The position numbers and the translations under genes are program-made. The notes beneath the pieces are model-generated. The model was not told the origin of the DNA. It saw nothing but the letters and a program-made list of their open reading frames with translations, and made no database searches. DNA of 64,000 nt from Mobula hypostoma. Taxonomy: Eukaryota. The stretch is taken from the NCBI RefSeq assembly GCF_963921235.1, contig NC_086108.1, forward strand, positions 87,484,001 through 87,548,000, read 5' to 3'. Of the stretch, positions 38,183-50,200 are shown one piece after another; position 1 is the first letter of the stretch, and each line of letters opens with the position of its first letter.

Positions 38183-38396
38183 CTGTAAAGAAGTTTCATC
38201 GTTGTGTTAAAGAAAGGCTGCAGTTGCTCTTATTAACAATACAGGTAATGGTAAACACAATGGTACGACAGCAAATTGTAACCACAGTGCTCATTCAGTA
38301 ATACAGACAATTTTTAAAAAATTAACAAAATGGCCTTGAGTTGCAGGAAAGTTCCCAAAACATGGGAACATCCAGAAAATTTGGATAATGAATCCA

Positions 38397-39947
38397 TTTG
38401 GATAATGAAGTTTGTTTTCAAAGCTTGCATAGAGATTTAGGCCAGTTGGAAGAGTGGGCTGAAAGACGGCAGATGGAGTTTAATACTGATAAATGTGAGG
38501 TGCCACACTTTGGTAGGACTAATCAAAATAGGACATACACGGTAAATGGTAGGGCATTGAAGAATGCAGTAGAACAGAGGGATCTAGGAATAATGGTGCA
38601 TAGTTCCCTGAAGGTGGAATCTCATGTGGATAGGGTGGTGAAGAAAGCTTTTGGTATGCTGGCCTTTATAAATCAGAGCAGTGAGTATAGGAACACACAT
38701 CAAAGTTGCTGGTGAACGCAGCAGGTCAGGCAGCATCTCTAGGAAGAGGTACAGTGGACGTTTCAGGCCAAGACCCTTCGTCAGGACTAACTGAAGGAAG
38801 AGTTAGTAAGAGATTTGTAAGTGGGAGGGGGAGGGAGAGATCCAAAATGATAGGAGAAGACAGGAGGGGGAGGGATGGAGCCAAGAGCTGGACAGGTGAT
38901 TGGCAAAAGGAATATGAGAGGATCATGGGACAGGAGGTCCGGGGAGAAAGACAAGGGGTGGGGGACACATTCTTTCTTGCACTCTCCTCTTTCTCCCTCT
39001 GTCCCTCTGACTATACCCCTTGCCCATCCTCTGGTTTCCCCCACCCCTTGTCTTTCTCCCCGGACCTCCTGTCCCATGATCCTCTCATATCCCTTTTGCC
39101 AATCACCTGTCCAGCTCTTGGCTCCAACCCTCCCCCTCCTGTCTTCTCCTATCATTTTGGATCTCCCCCTCCCCCTCCCACTTTCAAATCTCTTACTAAC
39201 TCTTCCTTCAGTTAGTCCTGACGAAGGATCTCGGCCTGAAACGTCCAATGTACCTCTTCCTAGAGATGCTGCCTGGCCTGCTGCGTTCACCAGCAACTTT
39301 GATGTGTGTTGCTTGAATTTCCAGCATCTGCAGTATTCCTGTTGATTGAGTATAGGAGTTGAGATGTAATGCTGAAATTGTACAAGGCATTGGTGAGGTC
39401 AAATTTGGAGTATTGTGTACAGTTTTGGTCACTGAATTATAGGAAAGATGTCAACAAAATAGAGAAAGTACAGAGAAGATTTACTAGAACGTTATCTGGG
39501 TTTCATCACCTAAGTTACAGAGAAAGGTTGAACAAGTTGGGTCTTTATTCTTTGGAACGTAGAAGGTTGAGGGGGGACTTGATAGAGGTATTTAAAATTA
39601 TGAGAGGAATAGATAGAGTTGATGTGGATAGGCTTTTTCCATTGAGAGTGGGGGAGATTCAAACAAAAGGACATGAGTTGAGAGTTAAAGGGCAAAAGTT
39701 TAGGGGTAACATGAGGGGGAACTTCTTTACTCAGAGAGTGGTAGTTGTGGAACGAGCTTCCAGCAGAAGTGGTTGAGGCAGGTTCAATGTTGTCATTTAA
39801 AGTTAAACTGGACAGCTATATGGACAGGAAAGGAATGGAGAGTTATGGGCTAAGTGCAGATCGGTGGGACTAGGTGAGAGTAAGAGTTCGGCACGGACTA
39901 GAAGGGCCGAGATGGCCTGTTTCCGAACTGTAATTGTTATATGGTTA
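38397..39947 (+). mobile_element. 5'-truncated CR1 LINE, split by a PLE fold-back
   Basis: QMEFNTDKCEV, LEYCVQFWS, RRLRGDLIEVFKIMRG; tail gttatatggtta. Confidence 0.9.
38693..39344 (+). mobile_element. Penelope-like fold-back insertion (274-bp inverted arms, 71-bp spacer); hammerhead cores at 39213-39250 (+) and 38752-38789 (-)
   Basis: 38692-38965 versus 39037-39310 are reverse complementary (about 8 mismatches by eye); unpaired tail 39311-39344; TSD tgagtatagga (38682-38692 / 39347-39357). Confidence 0.88.
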
Positions 39948-40889
39948 AAATAAGAAGTTTGTTCCTTGTGAAAACACAGCTCGATGCCTGTTTTCTCAGA
40001 ACCTGTTAAATATTTTGTTTGCAGGCTTATCTTTCAAATGATCACTTTCAGCTAAGGAAGCTTTCATCAATAGCTTGAGGAAAAGTCAAGCCTATAAAAA
40101 TGATTTGATAATCACACTGCTAAACCGATGTAGTGAAGTAGATGATGTTACCACGGAGCTAAAACACCTGGATACAAAGATGCTGAAGGGTTCATGTGCA
40201 GTGACAGCCATAAAGAGTGTTGTGTAATCTTAATATGCTTTGATTTAATTCAGGGAAGTGCTCTTCTTAGAGGATGGGGATGCATGGTATAAATGTAGAG
40301 GAATGAATAGAGAATTGGTTGGCTAAGAAAAAGTTAGTGTGAATAGATTTTACCCATATTGAAAATTTATGTGAAAAAAATTCAGAAAGTTACTAACAAA
40401 ATAGTGGAATGGATAACCAAATAATGGATGTAAATTAATGTACATACAAATAATTTTGCAACAGCAGGGAATATTGTGCAGTCAGACATTTACTATACAT
40501 ACTTGGAAAAAACACTGTGAACACAAGTGATATGGAGAGGTACCAGGAGTAAGATGGAAGTGGCAGCTGGCACTGGAACATATATCCATTTTGGTGAACA
40601 TGCGTAATTGAAAGTGCAAAAAAGAAACTGAAGATCACTGCTTTACTGCGTATAGTCAATGGAAAGATGCAGCTGAAGAGGGACATAAGGTTTCAGATAA
40701 CTAAGTCACTGAAATTATCTGTCTGGTTAACTAAAGTAGCAAAAAAAAAAGACGAGCATTATTGGTGACATAATGTGCAAAAGAAGAAAACAAATAAATG
40801 GTGTAAAAATGGAATTAGAGTAACCATGTCAAATACAATTCATCAGGAATGGGAAACTAGAGTTATGAATAGAGATCAGCAGTATTGCA

Positions 40890-41122
40890 CTGGCTTCCCT
40901 CTTACCCCTTCTCTTCTCCTCACCTCCTACTTTTTCTCCCATGGCCCCCTCTCCTCTCTGATTCTTTCTTTTTCAGCGTTTTACCTTATGGACTGTTTAT
41001 TCCTCTCCATAGATGACACCTGAACTGCTGAGTTCCTCCAGCATTTTGTGTGGGTTGCTCTGGATTTCTAACATCTGCAATGTCTTGTGTTTAATGATTT
41101 CTGTCTTGTGTTTAATGATTTC
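40890..41122 (+). mobile_element. Old Penelope-like 3' end with the hammerhead region deleted
   Basis: Pyrimidine tract joined to gactgtttattcctctccatagatg...ctgctgagttcctccagcattttgtgtg; short tandem duplication at the 3' end. Confidence 0.6.
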
Positions 41123-42087
41123 TTTCTTGTATTATTTTCATTGCCACAGAAAATGTAATCTTTCCTTTTTTTAAAAAAAAAGTTATGAAGCACCCTGAAT
41201 GGAAGACTTGCAGTTGGCTGTTTTCTCTGATTAGGAAACTAGTTTTGAGAAATGAAGAACCTTACATTTTCACTAAGGATGAAGGAACAGTCACTGGAGC
41301 AATACATATGTACTGAAAATATTTGAGGCAGAGACCATTGCACCTTTTGAAAGAAAACTAGATTAACATTTGAGACGGGATACAGGGTAACCAATGGAAA
41401 GAACAGCAAAATGAGACAAATTTTAGATTGCTTTGACAAAATCTCATATTGATACAGATATCAATTGTCTCCTTTTCAGTAATAACCCTGTAACCTTGTG
41501 TTTTATAATGCTATTATCTATAACACATTAATAATGAAAGAGTACAATCCCAATTGAGATGCTGTGTCATTATTTAAACTGGAGAGCTCTACACCACCCG
41601 ATTGTAAAGGTGGTGTAAAGTCAAAATATTAGAGGTATTTCAGTAACTTTTGATCTTTGTATTGAGCCTTAGGCACTTCTGTCAATGGTTTATGAATGAA
41701 ACATATTCAATATTGAAATACTGCTTTGAAAAATGGCCTTTCAATTATTTTGGACTCAGGACATATTTAAACTTCAACATATTTTTGGGATACAACAATG
41801 TAGGAGTAAATTCTTGCGCAGGGGAAATTCTCTCTACAAGTACAGCACATAAAAAGGAGTAACTCTTAATTTCCTCCAGAAAAAAGGGTCTTACATTTGG
41901 TAATCATACACTTCATGAAAGAGTGATGTTTTGTGATTAATTTCAGCAGTAGAAATATCTGTCATTATTTGCTAACCTATAGTACTGTTACAGTCCAGAA
42001 CTCAACACACCCAACCGTCAGTGCACACACTACTGAACATACAGAGATATACCCCAATTCCCAGAAAAAATACTTCCTGCGTGTGCT

Positions 42088-42640
42088 GGAGACATACAGC
42101 CGTACAGCAGCAAAACAGGCCCTTCAGCCATTCTAGTCCTTGCCAAACTATGATTGTGCTTAGTCCCATTGACCTGCACCCAGACCTAGGTCTTCCATAG
42201 CCCTCCAATCCATGCGTTTATCCAAACGTCTCCTAAATGCTGAAACTGAACTCATATTGACCACTTCCACTGCCAGCTTGTTCCACAATCTCACTACTTT
42301 CTGAGTGTAGAAGATCCCCCTCATGTTCCTCTTAAACATTTCACCTTTAAACCTTATCTATACCCCTCATAATTTCAATCATATCTCCCCTCATTTTCCT
42401 AAGCTCCGGGGGAAAAAGTCCTAACTTATTCAACTTTTTCCTATAACTCGATTCCTCAGGGCTCGGCAATATCCTTATAAATTTCCTCTGTATTCTTTCA
42501 ACCTTAATGATATCTTTTCTTTAGGTTAGAGACCAGACCTTCACACAATACTCCAAATTAGGCCTCACCAACATCTTATACAGCTTCTACATAATATCCC
42601 ATCTCCTGCACTCAAAACTTTGATCCGTGAAGACAATAGC
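42088..42640 (-). mobile_element. CR1 3' fragment
   Basis: CR1-type 3' end (aacaggcccttcagcc...) and ORF2 C-terminal remnant. Confidence 0.7.
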
Positions 42641-42771
42641 CAAAGCTCCATTTCTCCAACTCTCCTAACTAAAACTATACTGCTGACATTACTGGATAAT
42701 GCCCACATTCCCACGCAACATCTATAGCTCTTGTAGCAAGTACCATCGTGAACCACCTTTTCTATAGTTAT

Positions 42772-45700
42772 TTACACCATAAGACACAGGAGCAGAATTA
42801 GGCCATTCAGCCCATTGAGTCTGCTCTGCCATTCGATCAAGGCTGATCCCGGATCCCACTCAACCCCGTACATCTGCCTTCATGCCATATCCTTTGATGC
42901 CCTGACTGATCAGGAAATTATCAACTTCCGCCTTAAATATATCCACGGACTTGGTCTCCACCAGTCAGTGGCAGAGCATTCCACTAATTCACTACTCTCT
43001 GGCTAAAAAAAATTCCTTCTTACTTCTGTTCTAAAAGGCTCCCTCTCAATTTTGAGGCTGCGCCCTCTAGTTCTGGATACCCCTACCGTAGGAAACATCC
43101 TCTCCACATCCACCTATCTAGTCCTTTCAACATTTGGTAGGTTTTAATGAGAACTCCCTGCATTCTTCTAAATTCCAGTGAGTACAGGCTTAAAGCTGCC
43201 AAATGCTCCTCATATTTTAACCCCTTCATTCCCAAAATCATGCTCATGAACCTCCTCCGGACTCTCTCTCCAATGACAGCACATCCTTTCTGAGATATGG
43301 GGTCCAAAACCATTGACAATACTCCAGGTGCAGCCTGCCTGGTGTCTTATAAAGGCTCAGCATGATCGCCTTGCTTTTATATTCTATTCTGTTTGAAATA
43401 AATGTCAACATTGCATTTGCCTTCTTTACCACAGACTCAACCTGTAAATTAACCTGCTGGGAGTCTTGCACAAGAACTCCTAAGTCCCTCTGCACCTTTG
43501 ATCTTTGAACCTTCTCCCCATTTAGAAAACAGTCCACACTACTGTTCCTTTTACCAAAATGCATTATCATACATTTTCTAACACTGTATTCCATCTGCCA
43601 CTTTTTTGCCCAGTCTGTCAATTTGTCCAGGTCCTGCTGCAATCGCATTGCTTCCACAGCACTACCTATCCCTCTACCCATCTTTGTATCATCCACAAAC
43701 TTCGCCACAAAGCCATCAATTCCATTATCCAAATCACTGATATACAATGTGAAAGGTAGTGGTCCTAATATTGACCCCTGAGGAACACCTCTAATCACTG
43801 GCAGCTAACCAGAAAAGGCCCCCTTTATTCCCACTTGCTGCCTCCTGCCTGTCAGCCATTCCTCTATCCATGCTGGTAGCTTTCCTGTAACGCTCTAGTA
43901 TTTATCTTTTTATGCAGCCTTGTGTGTGGCACCTTATCAAATGCCTTTTGAAAATCCAAGTAAATGACATCCACTGCCTCTCCTTTGTCCACCCTGCTTA
44001 TTACTTCTTCGAAGAACTCCAACAGATTTGTTAAACAAGATTTCTCTTTACAGAAACCATGCTGACTTTAACTTACTTAGTCATTAGTCTCCAAGTACTT
44101 TGAAACCTCATCCTTAATAATAGACTCTAGTACTTTCCCAACCACTGAAGTTCGACTAACTGGCTTTTAATTTCTTTTCTTTCGGCTTAAAGAGTGGAGT
44201 GACATTTGCAATCTTATAGTCCTCTGGGACCATGCAAGAATCAAGTGATTCTTGAAAGATCATGACCAATGCATCGGTTATCGCTTCAGCAACTTCTCTC
44301 AGGACTCTGGGAGGTAGTCCATCTAGTCCTGGTGACTTATCCACCTTAACCCCTTTGATTTTGCCGAGCACATTTTCCTTTGTAATAGCAATGGGACCCA
44401 CTCCTAGCCCTGACACTCATGGGCCTCTGGCACACTGCTGGTGTCTTCCACAGTGAAGACTGATGCAAAGTACCCATTAAGTTTATCTGCAATTTCTTTG
44501 TCCCCGATTACTATCTCACCAGTGTTATTTTCCGGTGGTCCAATATTAATTCTCACCTCCCTTTTACTCTTTATGTAACTGAAAAAACTTTTAGTATCCT
44601 GCTTTATATTATTGGCTGGTTTGTCCTCATATTTCATCTTTTCCCTTCTTATAGCTTTTTTAGTTGCTTTTTGTTGGATTTTAAAAGCTTCCCAATCATC
44701 CAACTACCCACTCACTGTTGCTACCTTATATGTCCTTTCCTTGGCTTTTATGCAGTCCTTAACTTCCCTTGACAGTCACGGTTGCTTACCCCTGCCATTT
44801 GAGTACTTCTTCTGTGGGACATATCTATCCTGCGTCTTGTGAACTATTCCCAGAATCTTCAGTCACCTCTGCTCTACCGTCATCCCTGCCAGTATCCTCC
44901 TCCAATCCACCGGCAAGCTCCTCTCTCATGCCTTTGTAATTCCCTTTATTCCATTATGATACTGATATGTGACTTTTGCTTCTCCCTCTCAAATACAGAC
45001 ATCCCACCCTGCAAAAACTCATTTCAGGGAGGTAGCACCACCAATTTGCAGCAGACTCCCGGAACTTCCGGGAGAGGTGGGATGTCTGCAATAGAGTAGC
45101 TCCTTAGTAGCTAGCCAGCTAGTTTAAATAATGGTAGCTATGCTAATGAACGAATGACACCTGTTAAACTCACCTCAACATGTCTTTTACAGTCTTAACC
45201 CACCATGGGCAATAGAAAAGTCACTGTTGCAAACAGTGCAGCGAGCAACACTGTCATTATTTTTCACCCCTATTAGGCAGGGGTACACTTTAGGGTAGTC
45301 TGGGGTGATGTACGTTTTATATTTTCTTTTTTTTGGAACACTCTGCCATGGCGCACTAGCTCTCTCTCGTGGTCGCTCTCTCGCTCTTGCGCTCTCTCTC
45401 GCTCTCAAAAAAATTGATTTCCAAGATATTGTATATAATTTGCGGGCATCAGTGAGCCACTATTAATATGTGGGAGATGTCTGCAAATAGCAGTATAAAT
45501 TCAGTCATATTATGATCACTGCCTCCTAAGGTTTCCTTTACCTTAAGTTCCCTAATGACATCTGGGTTATTACATAACACCCGATCTAAGATAGCGTTTT
45601 GATGAGTAGACTTGAGTACGTTGCGCTAAAAAGCCATCTTGTAGGCATTCAACAAATTCTCTTTTTTGCATTCTGACACAAACCTGAGTTTCCCAATCCC

Positions 45701-46450
45701 CTTGCATATTGAAGTCCCCCATTAAAATTGTGTCATTACCCTTATTACATGGCTTTTCCAGCTCCCTTTACAATCTCAACCCCACATTTTGGCTACTATT
45801 TGGAGGACTATATATGATTCCAATTTTTTTTTAACCCTCTTATTAAATTCACCACAAAGATTCGATATTCTCTGACCCTATGTCACCCCTTTCTAAAGAT
45901 GTAATTTCATCTCATACCAACAGATCCACACCATAGCCTATGCCTTCCTGCCTGTCATTTGATATAAAGTACATCTTTTGATGTTAAGCTCCAACTAGCC
46001 ATGACTCAGTGACACCCACAACATCACACTGACCAATCTGTAATTGCGCTACAAGTTCATCCACCTTATTCCAAATGCTACATGCACTTAAATACAGCAC
46101 CTTCAGTCCTGCATTCTTTGCCTATTTGAATTGTGCCTCTGTGGTACAATTTAACTCTTTGCTCTGTCTGCATTTGTACCCGGTCATTAGCTTGTCCTTC
46201 CTTACATTCATGTTACACCCATCATCTACTTGTAAACCTGCTGGCTCATCCTGAGCTCTATCACACTGGTTCCCATCCCCCTACTATATTAGTTTAAACC
46301 ACTTCCAAGAGCTCTAGTAAACTTGCCCGCAAGAATATTGGTCCCCTTCGGATTCAAGTGCAAACCATCCCCTTTTGTCCAGGTCACACCTGCTCAAGAA
46401 GACGTTCCAGTTATCCAGAGATCTGAATCCCTGCATTTAATCATCTGCAT
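42772..46450 (-). mobile_element. CR1-clade LINE, ORF2 largely present, interrupted by a hAT-like element
   Basis: GVPQGSILGP, KFVDD, KSPGLDGLPPRVL, FASVFTVED; ORF1 end near 46300-46450. Confidence 0.9.
44996..45483 (-). mobile_element. Non-autonomous DNA transposon (hAT-like) with BED-type zinc-finger exon remnant
   Basis: Ends cagacatc.../...gatgtctg; 6-bp flanking duplication caaata (44990-44995 / 45484-45489); YPCLIGVKNNDSVARCTVCNSDFSIAHGG...CKRHVE followed by a gtgagt donor. Confidence 0.75.
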
Positions 46451-46859
46451 CATGATAAGTGTTTCAGACACCTCACATAAAATCAGAGTTCAACTTGAAA
46501 ATAACATCAGCATGTGCTGTATAATAAAAATGCGACGTGGGTAAACCAATCATCCTTCTCGCATTGTTGCATACAAGAAAACTAAATTATTCATAAGCAA
46601 GCAAAATCTATTAGTTTACTAGCTTTAATAACTAGTTCACCAGCATTATGTTCAGATGATTAAGAAGTTTATTTTCAGCAACATAGAATCAGAGAAACAG
46701 TACAAAAATAGGACCTTCAACTTACAAAGTCAATATTGACCATCTTTTTTAAAATGCACTAATGCCTGGTCACATCTAAACTATTCATGTAGAAGAGAGA
46801 CAGGAAGGGATACAGCACTGATCATAACCAGCCCTCCACCATCATCCTTGATTTCACAG

Positions 46860-47480
46860 GGCTATGTACAAGTACAGGATTTGTGACATTATACTGCAGG
46901 TGTATACCTAGAGTACTATATTGTCCTGTTATGAGAAAGATGTCATTAAGTTGTTGGAAAAAGTGCAAAAAAGATTTATCAGAATGCTGCTGGGACTAGG
47001 TCTGGGTATAGGGAGAGGATGAGCAAGCACAAACTTTTCTGCTTGGAGCACAGGACACTAGGGGTGAGGTGGACACAATAACAACATTTAAAAGATATTT
47101 GGAAAAGTACATGGGAAATGCTCAGAGGGATATGGGCCAAATGCCCAGGCAACGGGAGTAACTTAGATGTGCATGAGTTGGACCAAAGGGCCTGTTTTTG
47201 TGTTGCATTCTCAGTATAACCTAGAACCCATTTTGTTGTCCCCATATTCCCATCACCTCCCAGATTCTATCACTCACCTCCATGCAAAGGACAATTTGAT
47301 ACCCAGTAAACCTACCAACCCATGCATTTTCGAACACAGGAGGAAACTGCAGCACCCAGGGAAAACCCATGTCATCACAGGAAGAAGATGCCAACTACAC
47401 CAAGACAATCCTGGAGGTCAGGATTTTACACAGGGTGCTGAAAATGGGAGGCAGCAGCTCTACCAGTTGTACCACAATGC
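46860..47480. mobile_element. Degraded CR1 3' fragment (+) followed by a V-SINE (-)
   Basis: CR1 remnant 46860-47220; V-domain-like ggaggaaactgcagcacccagggaaaacccatg at about 47340-47370. Confidence 0.55.
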
Positions 47481-47541
47481 TATTCTTCAGTTTAAAACAA
47501 CAAATTGATACAAATCTGTCAGGTGCTAGGTTTTAACATAC

Positions 47542-47658
47542 CAAATATTGGATTCCTCTATCCGCATCTACAAAGTGTCGACAACTCTGGGAGAAACGGT
47601 TTAACAAAACCTTGATCAAACTCTGATACCAGCTGGTGCTCATCGATAGGAAGCAATC
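47542..47658 (-). CDS. SZT2: SZT2 coding exon (3rd from last), 117 nt
   Basis: ttttgtttcag|GAT TGC...TAT TTG|gtatgt; [39 protein letters not shown], phase 0/0. Confidence 0.95.
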
Positions 47659-48650
47659 CTGAAACAAAAGGGTTTCACAAACAAACAATGAATGCAGGGA
47701 GATAAGAGGATAGAACGAACAATTACAGAATGGGAATAGGGGACTTGAATTGTCCCATTAAAACACACACATGATTTAAGAGTGACAATAGTGTTTTGTT
47801 TCCTTTGTACATAATATTCTTTTCTGTGAAATAATGTAAACAGAATCCACAGAACAAATACATCACTCCAAGAATGAAGTTGGTGTTGGAGACAAAATTA
47901 AGGCATACTGCTGCAGCAGATTAGTCAATGTCCTGCTGGTCTATCGCCGTATTCCAGACTGCCTGCTGACGAGTGTAAAAGTGCTCATTCCTCAACTTAC
48001 ATTCCTCATTTTTAATGATGCAGTGACTTATGACAACGTTGTAATATCAGATAGCGTTCACAATGATTGGAGAAGGAGCTAATTTTTTTGTTGCACTTCT
48101 CAGAATTTAAATTAGACATTGATAATGTTATATCTATGTATTTCGAAAGCTTTGGCTCAGCACAACAACATTTTAACATTGTATATTACTACCTTCAGAT
48201 CTCTCGTGCATCGTAACTATAATTACATTTAATCACAATATAATGAGAAATGTCAATCAATAGAATGACTTTACCTGTGGTGCATCTCACTCTGCAAAGA
48301 GCCATATATGGAAAAACAAACAAATGACTTTCAGGAGAACATTAAACAATACATTTCCCACTCTATGTAATATCAAGTCTCCAAGAATCTTTTGGTGGTT
48401 CAGATGATCACTATTAATATGCAAGTAAATATTTGATTGCAGTGCATTGCAATTCCTGTAGCCAGTGGTCTACTATCACTTCTGGGCTTATAAGGAATTT
48501 GAACCGTAAAATTCCACAACACATGTGCCAATGAATAAGTCAGCATATTCAGGAAGAAGTGTCTGAGCTACCAAGAGATGGGGACCATATACTGTACAAT
48601 ATTGAAAATAACCATTCAACTTCATTGTTAACTGTGAAATATTTTCTCAC

Positions 48651-49137
48651 CAGTTGTGGGTCAATCTCAGAAATGGATTTGCTATAAACAGCACTGAGTA
48701 ACTCTTCCAGCTCAGCAAAGGACAACTTGCTCATTTTGTGTTTGTCTGAAGACAGATGCTCTCCCAAAAAGAGACGCTGCCAGAGAACATCACGGCGACA
48801 GTGGGACTTTGCTTGTTGAACCATCACTGCAATCTGTTCTTGGGCACTTGCCACCTCAGACGTCAGTAAAGGAAAGAGTGGGGAGGAGTAGAACAGTTCT
48901 GGAGCCATCTTCAGTTGTTTCCCATGCGAATAAAACTCACTGGAATCGCTTGCCTCATCCCACCCATCTGGATCCAGCTCCCTCCGCTCAGGATCAGATT
49001 TTTCCGACAACGGAGAATCCCTTGCGAAGTCCAAAGAGTCCCGATGAGTTCTTGGTAATTTCTTAAAACGTCGCATGTCGGCAGTTAACCTTGGGAAAAG
49101 CTCCCTGCAGCTTGTCATTATCACATAGAAATGTAAC
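48651..49137 (-). CDS. SZT2: SZT2 coding exon (4th from last), 487 nt
   Basis: ttttctaaag|G TTA CAT TTC...CAA CTG|gtgaga; LHFYVIMTSCRELFPRLTADMRRFKK...HCRRDVLWQRLF...LSFAELEELLSAVYSKSISEIDPQL, a recognisable SZT2 C-terminal region (overlaps ORF 48549..49124). Confidence 0.96.
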
Positions 49138-50200
49138 CTTTAGAAAAAAACAAGGTCTATTTTAAATGCTATGTAATTTTCAATCTTTTAGGCAGATGTA
49201 ATTTAGTGAAGGACTAGAAATGAGCAAAACACATTTTCAAGGTGAATTGAAGCTTAATATATTCCATATGCTTTAAACTTTACATCGCTTTACACCAATG
49301 ACCTGTCATTGGCAAGGCAAGAAATATACACATATTTTGGAAAGAACTGAGATTTCATAGTTTGTAATAAAGGACAGATGAAAATCATCAATTTAAGTAG
49401 AAAAAATATCATAAAAAAATTGGGAATGAAGGAATATAAAATCATACCAATAAAGAGGTGGAGGTTTCATCTTGATGACATGAGATGAAAGATAGAAGTA
49501 AGCCGTATACATCTAATACTAGCTCCCTAACAATTTAAAAAACTACAATTAAAATTGGTCTCATTTCTAAAGGTCTAGGACATGAAGCATTGGACATTTC
49601 CCTTTCTGGAGAGGCTGTCTGATCCCTAAATATATCAAATGTTTTCTATTAAAACTATTTGATTACATCAAGAAACACTATAAACCCAACCTCCAAAATT
49701 CTGTGCAAGCTGTGATGGCTGTCCACTTTCACTGTATTTCATGTTGAAAATGAAGCCTGGAATACTGGCATTTGTCTTCTAAAATCAGGAAAATAATCAA
49801 TGCACAAAAATGCACAATCCAAACTTAATGACTACTTCACCTAAAAGCTTAAAGAGCTATGTGGAAAATATTTATAACGAACTTATTATATAGGACTCCT
49901 TGTCCACTATTTTAATGGCTCAATCACCTTTAATGCAAATTATTCACACATGGATTTCCTTTTTCACTGAAACAAACAAAACTCTATAGGTGTCTTATTC
50001 CACTGAAAATAAGGATATGTATCCGAATGTTTCGCATTATTACTGCACAGTATATGGTTTGGATATTCTTACTGTTTGCATGTTTGATCTATAACAGTAC
50101 ATCCTCTATTTGAATCTTGCTTAATGGGCCGGACTACCCAAACGGCTCCAATCTTAAACAAGACAACCATGACATTTACTGTAGAAATACAATTGAAATA

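Noticed and set aside
2080..39357. Shared GAGTATA in the TSDs of the two PLE fold-backs as sequence-specific targeting
   Set aside because: Only two cases, opposite element orientations, and other PLE TSDs here lack the motif.
36510..39947. Oppositely oriented CR1s flanking the 69-nt exon as a circRNA or skipping driver
   Set aside because: Different, diverged subfamilies; extended pairing looks unlikely.
48549..48650. C-terminal extension VRKYFTVNN... of ORF 48549..49124
   Set aside because: Read-through into the intron past the gtgaga donor at 48650; the spliced continuation matches SZT2.
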